A DNA stretch of 64,000 bases from Planctomycetota bacterium (GCA_026004615.1 BPJM01000001.1:763482-827481), one strand, 5' to 3'. Numbered from the stretch's first letter, positions 18,212-27,438 are shown. Program-made: numbers and translations. The notes: a model not told the origin generated them from the letters alone.

Positions 18212-20086
18212 ATGGCATACCTGATCATCCGCAGCGAGGAGCAGGGCGAGGTCAAGTTTCCCCTGGGCGAAGCGCCGGTCTACATCGGCCGCTCCGCGGA
18301 CAAGGACATCTGCCTGCGCGACCTCACGGTCTCCAACGCCCATGCCAAGATCGTGCGCGACGGCGGGGCCTACCGCGTACGCGATCTCGGTAGCACCAAC
18401 GGCACCTACGTCAACGGCGAGCTGGTGCGCGATGCGCCCCTGCACGACGGCGATGTCTGCCGCGTCGGCAACACCGAGATCGTGTTCGTCGACGCCGAGT
18501 ACGAGGCAGAGCGCAGTGGCTCGTATGCCAGGGGCGGCGACCGGCTCCGGCCACCCACCTCCGACACCGGGCTGGAGGACCTGTTCGCCCACACGGTCTC
18601 GCTGAGCCTGGACGAGATCGAGACGGACGTGCTCACCCCGGCGAAGCTGGCTCGCGCCGGCCGGCCCCCTCAGCCCGAGCAGCGGCTGCAGCACCGGATC
18701 TCGGTGCTCTACCGGCTCGGCAAGCAGGCCAATCGGCTGGAGCGGTTGGAACGGTTCTTGCCAACGCTGGCGGCGCTGGTGCGCGAGGCTATCGGCGGCG
18801 ATCGCGCCTTCGTGATGCTGCTCGATCCGCAGAGCGGGGATCTGGTGCCGCGCGCCTATGACGGGGTGCCGGGCGGCGACCGCAAGGGGATCAGCTCCAC
18901 CATCCTGCAACGCGTCATCGCCGAGCGCAGCGCGGTGTTGACGCACGATGCGCTGACCGACCCGCGCTTCAGCCACGGCGAGTCGATCGCCATCATGCGC
19001 ATCCGCAGCGTCATGTGCGTGCCGCTCGGGGTCAAGCAGTCGGTCTACGGCGCGCTGTATCTGGACTCGCTCTCGCAGTCCAGCGCCTTTTCCACCGACG
19101 ATCTGCGACTGCTCGGGGTGATCGGCAACCAGGCGTCGATCATCCTGCGGAACATCCAGCTGTTCGAGGAGCAGCGCCGCGCCAACCTCGAGCTGCGCAA
19201 GGCGCAGGAGCAGCTGGCGGCGTGGAACAAGGAGCTCGAGCGCAAGGTTGCAGAGCGCACCGCCGAGCTGCAGCAACAAGCCGAGGAGATCCGGCGGCTG
19301 GCGGAGCTGAAGGACGAGCTGCTGGGCATCGCAGCGCACGATCTGCGCACACCGCTGACCATCATCCACGGCTACGCCCAGATCATCGGCATGGGCCTGC
19401 GGAGCGGACTGCTCGACCCCGAGCGGCTGCTCGAGGACGTCCAGGCGATCGAGCGGACCTCGCTCGAGATGACGAATCTGCTCAACGATCTGTTGGACGT
19501 ACGCAAGATCGAGGCGGGTCGCATCCGCGTGGTGCCCGAGCCGACCGATCCGCACGAGCTGGTCTACGGCTGCTTCCACCTCCACGAGCTGTGGGCGCGC
19601 TCCAAGGGTATCCGGCTCCAGCTGGAGATGCCCGATGGCCTGCCGCCGGTCCTGTGCGACGGCAAGCGGATCCAACAGGTGCTCAACAACCTGATCTCCA
19701 ACGCCATCAAGTTCTCGCACGAGGGCGACACGGTCACGGTCGGGCTCGTGCCGCGCGGCGAGCAGGGCCTGGAGTTCCGGGTCGAGGACACCGGACAGGG
19801 GATCGCGCCCGAGGACCTGCCGCGGCTGTTCGGCCAGTACGAGGAGATCGGCAGCAGCCGGCCGACCGGCGGCGAGAAGAGCTCCGGGCTGGGGCTCGCC
19901 ATCGCCAAGAAGCTGGTCGAGCTGCACGGCTCGCGCATCGAGGTCCAGAGCACCGCCGGCCAGGGCAGCCGCTTCGCCTTCACGCTGCCCTGGGTGGACG
20001 GGCACGGTGCCGCCGCTCCCCGCGGGGGCCAGCTGCCGGCGAGCTCCAGCCAGCCCGTGGACCCCCCGGCCCCGGCCGCGTCCTAG
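18212..20086 (+). CDS. cytoplasmic sensor histidine kinase with N-terminal FHA and central GAF domain
   Basis: ORF 17459..20086 trimmed to ATG 18212 (MAYLIIRSEEQG). It has an FHA domain (VYIGRSADKDICLRDLTVSNAHAKI...LGSTNGTYVNG) and a GAF-like segment (GGDRAFVMLLDP...SVMCVPL...YGALYLDS). A coiled coil is followed by the HisKA H-box (ELLGIAAHDLRTPLT) and HATPase N/G boxes (NLISNAIKF, EDTGQGI, GLGLAIAKKLV). No TM segment. Confidence 0.85.
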   Translation: MAYLIIRSEEQGEVKFPLGEAPVYIGRSADKDICLRDLTVSNAHAKIVRDGGAYRVRDLGSTNGTYVNGELVRDAPLHDGDVCRVGNTEIVFVDAEYEAERSGSYARGGDRLRPPTSDTGLEDLFAHTVSLSLDEIETDVLTPAKLARAGRPPQPEQRLQHRISVLYRLGKQANRLERLERFLPTLAALVREAIGGDRAFVMLLDPQSGDLVPRAYDGVPGGDRKGISSTILQRVIAERSAVLTHDALTDPRFSHGESIAIMRIRSVMCVPLGVKQSVYGALYLDSLSQSSAFSTDDLRLLGVIGNQASIILRNIQLFEEQRRANLELRKAQEQLAAWNKELERKVAERTAELQQQAEEIRRLAELKDELLGIAAHDLRTPLTIIHGYAQIIGMGLRSGLLDPERLLEDVQAIERTSLEMTNLLNDLLDVRKIEAGRIRVVPEPTDPHELVYGCFHLHELWARSKGIRLQLEMPDGLPPVLCDGKRIQQVLNNLISNAIKFSHEGDTVTVGLVPRGEQGLEFRVEDTGQGIAPEDLPRLFGQYEEIGSSRPTGGEKSSGLGLAIAKKLVELHGSRIEVQSTAGQGSRFAFTLPWVDGHGAAAPRGGQLPASSSQPVDPPAPAAS

Positions 20087-20437
20087 CCGCCGAGCTGGAT
20101 CGGGCTGCATCGACGGTCATGGGCGACGCCGCACGCTTGCCGAGCGTCAGGGAACTGCCGCGGTTGGCGCCGGCTACCAGGCCGCGTTCGCACCTCGGCA
20201 GCAGACGCCCTCGGACGACGGGATCGAGCCGGAAGCGACGCGGCGAGCGCGCGACGACGACGCGCGAGCTCTGTGCGTGAGCGCAGGCCTGGCCCTGCTC
20301 GTATTCCGCCCGACGCTGTCCGCGGGCTCGGCCCAGGATCGCGTTCGGCTGTCGCATTGCAACGCCGGCCTGCGTGCTCGATCATTTGGCCGGTGGCCGA
20401 ACGCCGCATCGCTGACGGCCGAGTCGGAGGGTCCGCA

Positions 20438-20905
20438 ATGGCAGGGGCAGGCGAGCAACACGAGCGGGAGCTGTTCGGCGTGCGCGCGATCAAGAAGGGC
20501 TATGCCACCGAGGAGCAGGTGCTGGCGGCGCTGCGCGCGCAGTACAACGCCAAGGTGCTGCTCGGCCGGCACCTGTTCCTGGGCGAGGTGCTGCTGCTGC
20601 ACGGCGTGCTGAGCCCGCGCCAGCTCGCGGAGTTGTTGCGCGAGACCGGCGAGCTGCACGAGGAGGCGGAGGACGTGCACAGCGGCCGGTTCTTCGGCGA
20701 CGTGGCGGTGGAACTCGGCTTCTGCACCCCCCAGCAGGTCTTCACAGCGCTCAACATCCAGGCCGAGGAGGACCGGCGGGGCGAGCGGCACCGGCTGATC
20801 GGCGAGATCCTGTTCGAGCTGGGCTATCTCAGCGCGGAGCAGGTCCGCCAGGTGGTGGCCCACCTGGTCGACCGGATGCAGGAGCCCGTGGTCTCGGACA
20901 GCTAG
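20438..20905 (+). CDS. hypothetical protein with MshEN/T2SS-E-N-terminal-like repeats (uncertain)
   Basis: ATG 20438 with GGAGG at 20426-20430; 155 aa. It carries three repeats of a motif such as GYATEEQVLAALRAQ, LGEVLLLHGVLSPRQLAELL and IGEILFELGYLSAEQVRQVV. Family assignment is tentative. Confidence 0.55.
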   Translation: MAGAGEQHERELFGVRAIKKGYATEEQVLAALRAQYNAKVLLGRHLFLGEVLLLHGVLSPRQLAELLRETGELHEEAEDVHSGRFFGDVAVELGFCTPQQVFTALNIQAEEDRRGERHRLIGEILFELGYLSAEQVRQVVAHLVDRMQEPVVSDS

Positions 20906-20920
20906 CGTCCCGAGGGGAGA

Positions 20921-21268
20921 TCAGCCGCCGCGCCGGCCGCGCCAGGCGCTGTAGGCGAGCACCACCGCGCCAACCCAGCTCAGCACCGCGCCGGTGACCG
21001 CGACCCAGTAGCGCAGCGCCATGCCGAAACGGTAGTCGTCGAACGTCCGGAGCAGGAGCTTTTTGCGCTCCTCATCGGCGGTGTTCTGGATGTGGTCGTG
21101 CAGCGCCAGCTCGCTCGCCCCCAGCACCGCGACCGACAGCCCCACCGCCAGCACGCCTGCCACCAGCAAGGCGAGCCCGATCAGGCGACGGCGCCAGGGC
21201 GAGACCGGGCGCCTGCCCGCGGCGGCACCACCGGTGGCGCCCTGCCCCGACTGCTCGCTCCCCCCCAT
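20921..21268 (-). CDS. small membrane protein (2 predicted TM helices)
   Basis: 115-aa ORF. TM1 is LIGLALLVAGVLAVGLSVAVLGA and TM2 is YWVAVTGAVLSWVGAVVLAYSAW, with a charged loop (EERKKLLLRTFDDYRF). No family recognised. Confidence 0.45.
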   Translation of the reverse strand: MGGSEQSGQGATGGAAAGRRPVSPWRRRLIGLALLVAGVLAVGLSVAVLGASELALHDHIQNTADEERKKLLLRTFDDYRFGMALRYWVAVTGAVLSWVGAVVLAYSAWRGRRGG

Positions 21269-21492
21269 CGCTCTCTCCCCTTGCCCGCGCGGCCTTGACA
21301 GCCCCGGCGCGCTCTCCTAGCCTTGCCGCGCGGGCATCGGGTGCGGCGCCGCGGCCAGGTCGCGATGCGATCCAGCGCGGCGAGTCTAGACACGGGGTGC
21401 GGCAGCGTCAAGGCCGCGGCACCGGCGGCGGGCCAGAGCGCGGGCACAGGCGGAATCCGGCTCCGGTGGCGGCGAGCGAACACGGCTGGCGC

Positions 21493-22797
21493 ATGGCAGA
21501 GCGGACCACGTGCCCGCGGCGGCGGCCGGGCAGCGCAGCGCTGCTCGTGCTCGCCGCCGCGTTTGCGGCCGGTTGTCTGACCCGCCAGAGCGTACGGCCG
21601 CTCGCGGACGACAGCGGCCGGCCGGTGGCGCTGGAGTACCGCTGCCCGGTACGGGTGCTGGACGCCGCGAGCGGCCAGCCGCTCGCCGGCGCGGTGGTCT
21701 ATCTGGGCAACGACGAGGACCCGGTGGTCCAGATCGCCTGGACGGACGGCGCCGGGCAGGCGCTGCTCGCCCAGCGCTATGCTCGCGGCTCCACGATCGT
21801 GCACGAGCGGACGGTGCTCGGGTTGTTCGCCACCGAGGTCGGCACCGAGGTGCGCTACCCGCGGTTCGTGCTCCGCGCCGCCCGGGCTGGCTACCTGCCG
21901 GTGCAGATGCAGTTCGGCAGCGAGGCGTTCGGACCGCAGGTGGAGCTGGGACCCGCCGGCGCATTCGTGCAACTGTCGGCGCCGGCTGCCCTGGCGCTCG
22001 AGCGGGTGCCGGCCGGCGCCCCGCCCATGCGCCACGTGGCGCTGTTGTTCGCGGCACCTCCGCGCGCGGCGGTTCGCCTCGGCGCTCGCGGTGCAGCATG
22101 GGACGAGCGCTACCTCCGGGTGGTGGCCGGCGGCCAGATCACGGCGAGCCTGGATGCGTGCGTGCGAGCACTGCTCGGCCCCGCCGGGCAGCGGATCGCG
22201 ATCGCCGCCTCGGTGCCAGCCGCGCACTCGGTCTTCCAGCACGAGCTGGAGGCACTCCTGGGGAGCTGCGACGAGGTGCACTACGTACCGCCGCTGGGCG
22301 CCGCGCTTCGCCTCGGCGAGGTCGAGCAGAGCACGGGGCCGCCCCAGCCCGAGCTGCGGGAGCAAGAGCGCGCGTTGCGGCTGCTGGTAGCGCGGCTGGG
22401 GCTGGTGGCCGAGCGGCCCGAAGCGCGGCCGGCGGCGTGGCGCCGAATCGACGGCGCCACGAGCGGTGCGGCGCCGGCGCCGGAACCCGACGGCGCCGCG
22501 GCGCGTTTTCTCGACGCGGTGCGGGGCTGGGCGGCGCTCGAGGACGAGGCGGAGGTCCGGGCACACCTGCCAGCGCTGGCGCTGGCGTTCGCGGCGGCGG
22601 TGGAGAGCAACCGCCCCGAGGCTGCCAGGCGGGCGGCACACGCGGTGCTGCACGCCCTGCACCACCGCACCGGCCCCCATCGCACCCTCGGTGTGGTGTG
22701 CGGTCCGGAGGTCGCCGTCGCGCTGGAACGGCTGCTGCGCGAACGCGGCTATCGCGTGCTCGCCGAGACGTGGCTGCCGGCCTGGCAGCTGCGCTGA
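21493..22797 (+). CDS. hypothetical lipoprotein
   Basis: ORF 21295..22797 trimmed to ATG 21493. MAERTTCPRRRPGSAALLVLAAAFAAGC is a signal peptide with a lipobox Cys. A weak TTGACA-17-TAGCCT motif lies at 21295-21323. No family recognised. Confidence 0.55.
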   Translation: MAERTTCPRRRPGSAALLVLAAAFAAGCLTRQSVRPLADDSGRPVALEYRCPVRVLDAASGQPLAGAVVYLGNDEDPVVQIAWTDGAGQALLAQRYARGSTIVHERTVLGLFATEVGTEVRYPRFVLRAARAGYLPVQMQFGSEAFGPQVELGPAGAFVQLSAPAALALERVPAGAPPMRHVALLFAAPPRAAVRLGARGAAWDERYLRVVAGGQITASLDACVRALLGPAGQRIAIAASVPAAHSVFQHELEALLGSCDEVHYVPPLGAALRLGEVEQSTGPPQPELREQERALRLLVARLGLVAERPEARPAAWRRIDGATSGAAPAPEPDGAAARFLDAVRGWAALEDEAEVRAHLPALALAFAAAVESNRPEAARRAAHAVLHALHHRTGPHRTLGVVCGPEVAVALERLLRERGYRVLAETWLPAWQLR

Positions 22798-22935
22798 GCA
22801 GGGGCCATGCGCGGTGCCGGACGGCCCGACAGCGCGGCGAAGCGGCGGGCGGCCTGGAGGTCTCAGCGAGGGCGCGGCTAGCCTGGAAAGGAGTGAGACC
22901 GCCGGGCCGGAGCTGGCCAACGGGGGAGGAATGCG

Positions 22936-24384
22936 ATGCACGGCCGAACAGGGTCAAGGCGATCGCTTCGGGTCGGGTTCAGGCAACTGGCGGGAGCGCG
23001 GCTCGCCGCCGCCGCAGCGCTGTGCGCCGCGGCAGGGCTGCTGTCGGCTGCCAGCGCCCAGGTCGCAGCACCGCCGGCGAGCTCCGAGACCGCGCGCAGC
23101 CAGTATCTCGAGGTACACTTCCCCGCCGGGCAGCGGCCGCTGGCGGAGCGACTGCTGCGGGAGGGCGAGCGCGCGCTGCAGCTGTACGCGCGCTACCTCG
23201 ACCAGCGGCTGCCGCGCGAGAGGCTGCGCTGCTTCCTCTACGCGACCGAGGCGGAGTACCAGGCGGCGGAGGCCGCGCGCACCGGCGGCATCTTCAAGAC
23301 GAACCTGGCGTTCACCCACGCGGCCACCAGCGAGGTCCACATGGTGATCCAGCCCCGGCTGGAGCGGCTGGCCGGGACCGGGCCCGGCATGCTCGAGGGG
23401 CTGTTTGCGCACGAGCTGGCCCATGCCCTGCAGTACCGGGTCTTTCCCAGCTACGACGAGTTCCCCGACTGGCTGTCCGAGGGCATGGCGGAGCTGTTCG
23501 CCGAGCGCGCGCTGGGGGACTCCAGGCACTGCGCGGCACAGGTGCCCTGGTTCGGGGTGCGCGTGCACGAGGTGCTGGAGGCGCTGGACGAGGGGCGCTT
23601 CGTGCCGGTGGAGCGGTTGCTGACCGAGGGGCTGGTCGAGCAGGACCCCGCGCTGCGCGACCTCAAGTACGGCGAGGCGTGGGCGCTGTGCCGCTTCCTG
23701 GACGATCCGGTCAACGGCGAGCAGACCCGCTTCCGCGACTTCGTGCTCGAGGTGGCGCGCATGCCGCGCGGGGGGCGCCCCCTGGTGGAGCAGGCCCGGG
23801 AGCGGTTCCTCGCGCTGTGGCCGGATGTGATCCGGCTGGAGCGCCGGCTGATCGCTTACCTGCGGGAGCTGGCACCGCAGTGCCCGCCGTGGCAGGTGCC
23901 CGGACGCGAGCTGCGGCTGCTGCCGGACGGAGGGCTGGTGTGCGAGTCGTTCCCGGGCAACGCCATGATGGCGCTCTCGACCGCGCCGCGGCGACTGGGA
24001 GGGGTGGCGCGGATCGAGGCCGAGGTGATGATCGCGCCGCTCGGCCACCGGCAGGCGGATGTGTTCTTCGCCTACCGGGGACCGCTCGACGCGTACAAGG
24101 TCGCCTTCGGCGCCGGCAACCCGCCTTTCGTGACCCTCATGCGCAACCAGGGCGGGCGGTGGCAGAGCCTGCGCAACGAAAACCTACCCCCGGGCACCCT
24201 TCAGCCCGAGCAGCCGGTGCGGATCACGATCGACATCGACGTCGCGCGCGTCGCGGTGCGCGTCGGCGAGCGCCCGGTGCTGCGCTACACGGCGGAGGCG
24301 AGCGCCATCGGCGGCGGCCGCTGGGGCATCGGTTGCTACGACGGGCGCGCCATCTTCCGCCAGGTGAGCGGGCGCTCGTACTGA
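22936..24384 (+). CDS. secreted putative gluzincin-type metallopeptidase (HExxH) with C-terminal LamG/DUF1080-like beta-sandwich
   Basis: 482-aa ORF with a signal peptide (AAAALCAAAGLLSAASAQ). FAHELAHAL (HExxH) is followed by LSEGMAELF. The C-terminal ~150 aa end GGGRWGIGCYDGRAIFRQV. Family names (DUF1570-like, DUF1080-like) are from memory and unverified. Confidence 0.65.
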   Translation: MHGRTGSRRSLRVGFRQLAGARLAAAAALCAAAGLLSAASAQVAAPPASSETARSQYLEVHFPAGQRPLAERLLREGERALQLYARYLDQRLPRERLRCFLYATEAEYQAAEAARTGGIFKTNLAFTHAATSEVHMVIQPRLERLAGTGPGMLEGLFAHELAHALQYRVFPSYDEFPDWLSEGMAELFAERALGDSRHCAAQVPWFGVRVHEVLEALDEGRFVPVERLLTEGLVEQDPALRDLKYGEAWALCRFLDDPVNGEQTRFRDFVLEVARMPRGGRPLVEQARERFLALWPDVIRLERRLIAYLRELAPQCPPWQVPGRELRLLPDGGLVCESFPGNAMMALSTAPRRLGGVARIEAEVMIAPLGHRQADVFFAYRGPLDAYKVAFGAGNPPFVTLMRNQGGRWQSLRNENLPPGTLQPEQPVRITIDIDVARVAVRVGERPVLRYTAEASAIGGGRWGIGCYDGRAIFRQVSGRSY

Positions 24385-25158
24385 TCAGCCGGCGGGGCGG
24401 GCTCCGGCCTGGCGCAGATCCGGGCCGCCGCTTTCATCGCGGCGGCGCGCCGCCTCCATGAGCAGGCCCTCGACCGCGAGCACGCACTCCTGCTCGCCCG
24501 CGGGACCGGCCAGGAACTCGAAGTAGCCGTCGGTCAGCGCCAGCAGCCGCAGCGCCGCCTCTTCGCCGCGCAGCTCGCCGCAGCGCGCCCGGATCAACTG
24601 CCCCCTGCGGAAGGCGAGCAGCCCCTGCTCGGCGCCGGCCTGCACGTGCAGCACCCCGTCCTTCTCGTTGAGGCCGATGAGCTGGCAGATCTCCAGGAGC
24701 TCGCCGCCCGCGAACCGACCGCCGAGGCTGCCGCGGCGCGGGGTCTGCTCCAGGGTTGCGCGCGGCAGGTCGGTGGTGATGGAGAAGTCCGACTGGGCCT
24801 CCTCCAGCAGGTTGCCGATGTCGCCGGTGTAGACCCGATACTTGAGCTGGAACGGCCCGATCCAGATCGAGTCGCCGTCGGCGAGCAGATGCTCGGTGAT
24901 CAGCGCACCGTTGACCCGGGTGCCGTTGCGCGAACCCAGATCGCGGATGGCGAAGCGACCTTCCCCGCGCTGGCCTCCCTCGCCCTCCCGCACCCATTGC
25001 ACGATCGCGTGGCGGCGCGAGACGTGCTCGGAGGGCAGCGGGAAGTCGCTGCCGGGGTCTCGCCCCAGGGTGTACGAGCGGCCGCGCCGCAGGATGCGGA
25101 CACTGGGGCTGAAGACCGGCGAGACCAGGCAGTGACTCACCATCGGCATGGACCGCAT
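24385..25158 (-). CDS. FHA domain protein with C-terminal DUF4388 (PATAN-like) domain
   Basis: FHA: YTLGRDPGSDFPLPSEHVSRRHAIV...IRDLGSRNGTRVNG...GDSIWIGPFQLKY. C-terminal part: GGELLEICQLIGLNEKDGVLHVQAG...EEAALRLLALTDGYFEF. The start is uncertain, with in-frame ATGs at 25158, 25149 and 25143. The stop abuts the convergent gene's stop (TGATCA). Confidence 0.7.
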   Translation of the reverse strand: MRSMPMVSHCLVSPVFSPSVRILRRGRSYTLGRDPGSDFPLPSEHVSRRHAIVQWVREGEGGQRGEGRFAIRDLGSRNGTRVNGALITEHLLADGDSIWIGPFQLKYRVYTGDIGNLLEEAQSDFSITTDLPRATLEQTPRRGSLGGRFAGGELLEICQLIGLNEKDGVLHVQAGAEQGLLAFRRGQLIRARCGELRGEEAALRLLALTDGYFEFLAGPAGEQECVLAVEGLLMEAARRRDESGGPDLRQAGARPAG

Positions 25159-25246
25159 GGCAGAGCCCGCGGGGCCTGAAATCGACGTCCGGCAGGGCAC
25201 ATCGCCGACCCCCCGTCGCCGGCGGCCGAGTCCATGCCTTCAGGCC

Positions 25247-27358
25247 CTAGGAGGCCATCCGCTCGAGCTCATCGAGCGCCGCCTCCAGCTCCTCGCGCAG
25301 CTCGGCGTTCTCGCTGCGGAGCTTCTCCAGCTCGGCGGCCACCTCGGGAGGCAGCTCGCCGGCGGCCGCCGGAGCTGCCCGCGCCTGCTCGAGCTCCTGC
25401 TCCAGCCGCGCGATCTCTTCCTCGGCGGCGGCGAGCGTCGCCTCCATCTCCTTGAGCCGCTGCGCCTCGCCGCCCGCGGCGGCGGCGGCCTGCCGGGCCG
25501 CCTCCAGCTCCTGCTCCAGGCGCGCGTTGTCCTCCTGCGCCTGCGCGAGCTGCTGCTCCAGCTCGGCCAGCCGGGCGGCCTCGCCGGCCGCGGCCCGCGC
25601 CTGCTCGAGCTCCGCGGCCAGGCGCTCCAGCTCGTCGCGGGCGCGCCCCAGCTCGCGCTCCAGCTCCGCCGCGCGCTCGGCCCCGGCGGCGGCGGCGGCC
25701 AGCTCCGCCTCCAGCTCCGCGGTGCGCTGGCGCACCGCCTGCAGCTCGCGCTCCAGCTCCGCGGCGCGATCCGCCTGCGCGGCCGCCGCCTGCGCCGCCT
25801 CGAGCTCCGAGCGCGCCTGCGCGAGCTGCTGCTCCAGCTCGCGGGCGCGCGCTTCGGCTGCCTCGGCCCGCTGCTCGATCTGCTGGAGCTGTTCCGGCGC
25901 GATCGCGCTCTGGCGCGCCTGCACCAGCTCGGCCTCGAGCTCGCGCACCCGCGCCTGGGCTGCCTCGGCGCGCTGCTCGGCGGCCGCTGCACGTTGCTCG
26001 GCTGCCTCCACGCTGCCGCTCGCCTCGGCGGCCTTGCGCTCGGCCTGCTCCAGCTTCTCGGTCAGCTCCGCCACCCGTGCGGCCAGCGCCGCGCTGGCCG
26101 CACGTAGCGACTCCCCGCCCTCGCTCGCCCGGGCCGCCTGGGCGGCGCGCTCCTCCGCCTCGTGCGCGCGCCGTTCGGCAGCCGCCAGCCGCTCCTCCAG
26201 CTGGGCCAGCTCCTCGGCCTGCGCGCGGCTGAGCTCGGCGGCGAGCTGCTTCTGGCGCTCCAGCTCCTGCTCCAGCTCCGCGAGCCGGGCCTGGGCCGCC
26301 TCGGCGGCAGCACCCCCGCCGGCGGCCGCCTGCGCGGCGCGCTCCTCCGCCTCGTGCGCGCGCCGTTCGGCAGCCGCCAGCCGCTCCTCCAGCTGGGCCA
26401 GCTCCTCGGCCTGCGCGCGGCTGAGCTCGGCGGCGAGCTGCTTCTGGCGCTCCAGCTCCTGCTCCAGCTCCGCGAGCCGGGCCTGGGCCGCCTCGGCGGC
26501 AGCACCCCCGCCGGCGGCCGCCTGCGCGGCGCGCTCCTCCGCCTCGTGCGCGCGCCGTTCGGCAGCCGCCAGCCGCTCCTCCAGCTGGGCCAGCTCCTCG
26601 GCCTGCGCGCGGCCGAGCTCGGCGGCGAGCTGCTTCTGGCGCTCCAGCTCCTGCTCCAGCTCGGCGAGCCGGGCCTGGGCCGCCTCGGCGGCAGCACCCC
26701 CGCCGGCGGCCGCCTGCGCGGCGCGCTCCTCCGCCTCGTGCGCGCGCCGTTCGGCAGCCGCCAGCCGCTCCTCCAGCTGGGCCAGCTCCTCGGCCTGCGC
26801 GCGGCTGAGCTCGGCGGCGAGCTGTTTCTGGCGCTCGATCTGCTGCTCCAGCTCCGCGATGCGCGCCTCGGCGGCAGCCGCCCCGCCACCGGCCTGCTGC
26901 GCCTGTGCGAGCTCCTGGCGCAGGCGAGCGATCTCGGCCTGCGCCTCCGCGAGCTTCTGCGTCAGCGGCGCGGTCGCGGCGGCGACGGCGCTGGCGATCG
27001 CCTCCGCGCTGGGGGCGGCTGCCTCGGGCGCGGCGGTGGCGGCGGTGCTGGGCGGCGCCGTCGCATCCTCGGCGTAAAACCGCACCTTGGTCTTGCCGAA
27101 CCAGATCAGATCGCCGTCGTTGAGCGCGATCTTCTGCACGCGCTTTTTGTTGACCCAGGTGCCGTTGGACGAACCGAGGTCCTCGATCCAGAACCGCTGG
27201 CCGTCGAAGCTGAGCGCGGCGTGGTCCCAGCTCACCCAGGGGTCGCGGATCGAGATCGGTGCGCTCTTGCGGCTGCCGATCACGATCGGCTCGGCGCTCG
27301 CGGGTACGTCCACGACCTCGCCTTGCCGTTTGCCGTACAGGATCTGGATCTTGGCCAT
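25247..27358 (-). CDS. FHA domain protein with ~600-aa Ala/Glu/Gln/Arg-rich coiled coil containing 64-aa tandem repeats
   Basis: ORF 25247..27523 trimmed to ATG 27358 (MAKIQILYGKRQG), with SD GAGGGAGAG immediately upstream. FHA: IVIGSRKSAPISIRDPWVSWDHAAL...EDLGSSNGTWVNK...GDLIWFGKTKVRF. The rest is heptad-like (AELEQELERQKQLAAEL...). Confidence 0.8.
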   Translation of the reverse strand: MAKIQILYGKRQGEVVDVPASAEPIVIGSRKSAPISIRDPWVSWDHAALSFDGQRFWIEDLGSSNGTWVNKKRVQKIALNDGDLIWFGKTKVRFYAEDATAPPSTAATAAPEAAAPSAEAIASAVAAATAPLTQKLAEAQAEIARLRQELAQAQQAGGGAAAAEARIAELEQQIERQKQLAAELSRAQAEELAQLEERLAAAERRAHEAEERAAQAAAGGGAAAEAAQARLAELEQELERQKQLAAELGRAQAEELAQLEERLAAAERRAHEAEERAAQAAAGGGAAAEAAQARLAELEQELERQKQLAAELSRAQAEELAQLEERLAAAERRAHEAEERAAQAAAGGGAAAEAAQARLAELEQELERQKQLAAELSRAQAEELAQLEERLAAAERRAHEAEERAAQAARASEGGESLRAASAALAARVAELTEKLEQAERKAAEASGSVEAAEQRAAAAEQRAEAAQARVRELEAELVQARQSAIAPEQLQQIEQRAEAAEARARELEQQLAQARSELEAAQAAAAQADRAAELERELQAVRQRTAELEAELAAAAAGAERAAELERELGRARDELERLAAELEQARAAAGEAARLAELEQQLAQAQEDNARLEQELEAARQAAAAAGGEAQRLKEMEATLAAAEEEIARLEQELEQARAAPAAAGELPPEVAAELEKLRSENAELREELEAALDELERMAS
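26133..26835. repeat. about 3.7 near-identical tandem copies of a 192-bp (64-codon) unit inside the FHA coiled-coil gene
   Basis: The string ctcgtgcgcgcgccgttcggcagccgccagccgctcctccagctgggccag recurs at 26159, 26351, 26543 and 26735, an exact 192-bp period. The protein unit is QKQLAAELSRAQAEELAQLEERLAAAERRAHEAEERAAQAAAGGGAAAEAAQARLAELEQELER. Only isolated substitutions separate the copies (e.g. S to G). Confidence 0.9.
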
Positions 27359-27438
27359 CTCTCCCTCGACAACCCTCCGCGCGCCCGTGCCACCTGCCGG
27401 GCGTGCGGCCCGCGCCTTGGCTGCGTCCGGTCGCTCGC

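Noticed and set aside
24382-24387. Palindromic TGATCA formed by the abutting stop codons of two convergent genes
   Set aside because: It is real but trivial, being two TGA stops end to end. There is no evidence of a regulatory role.
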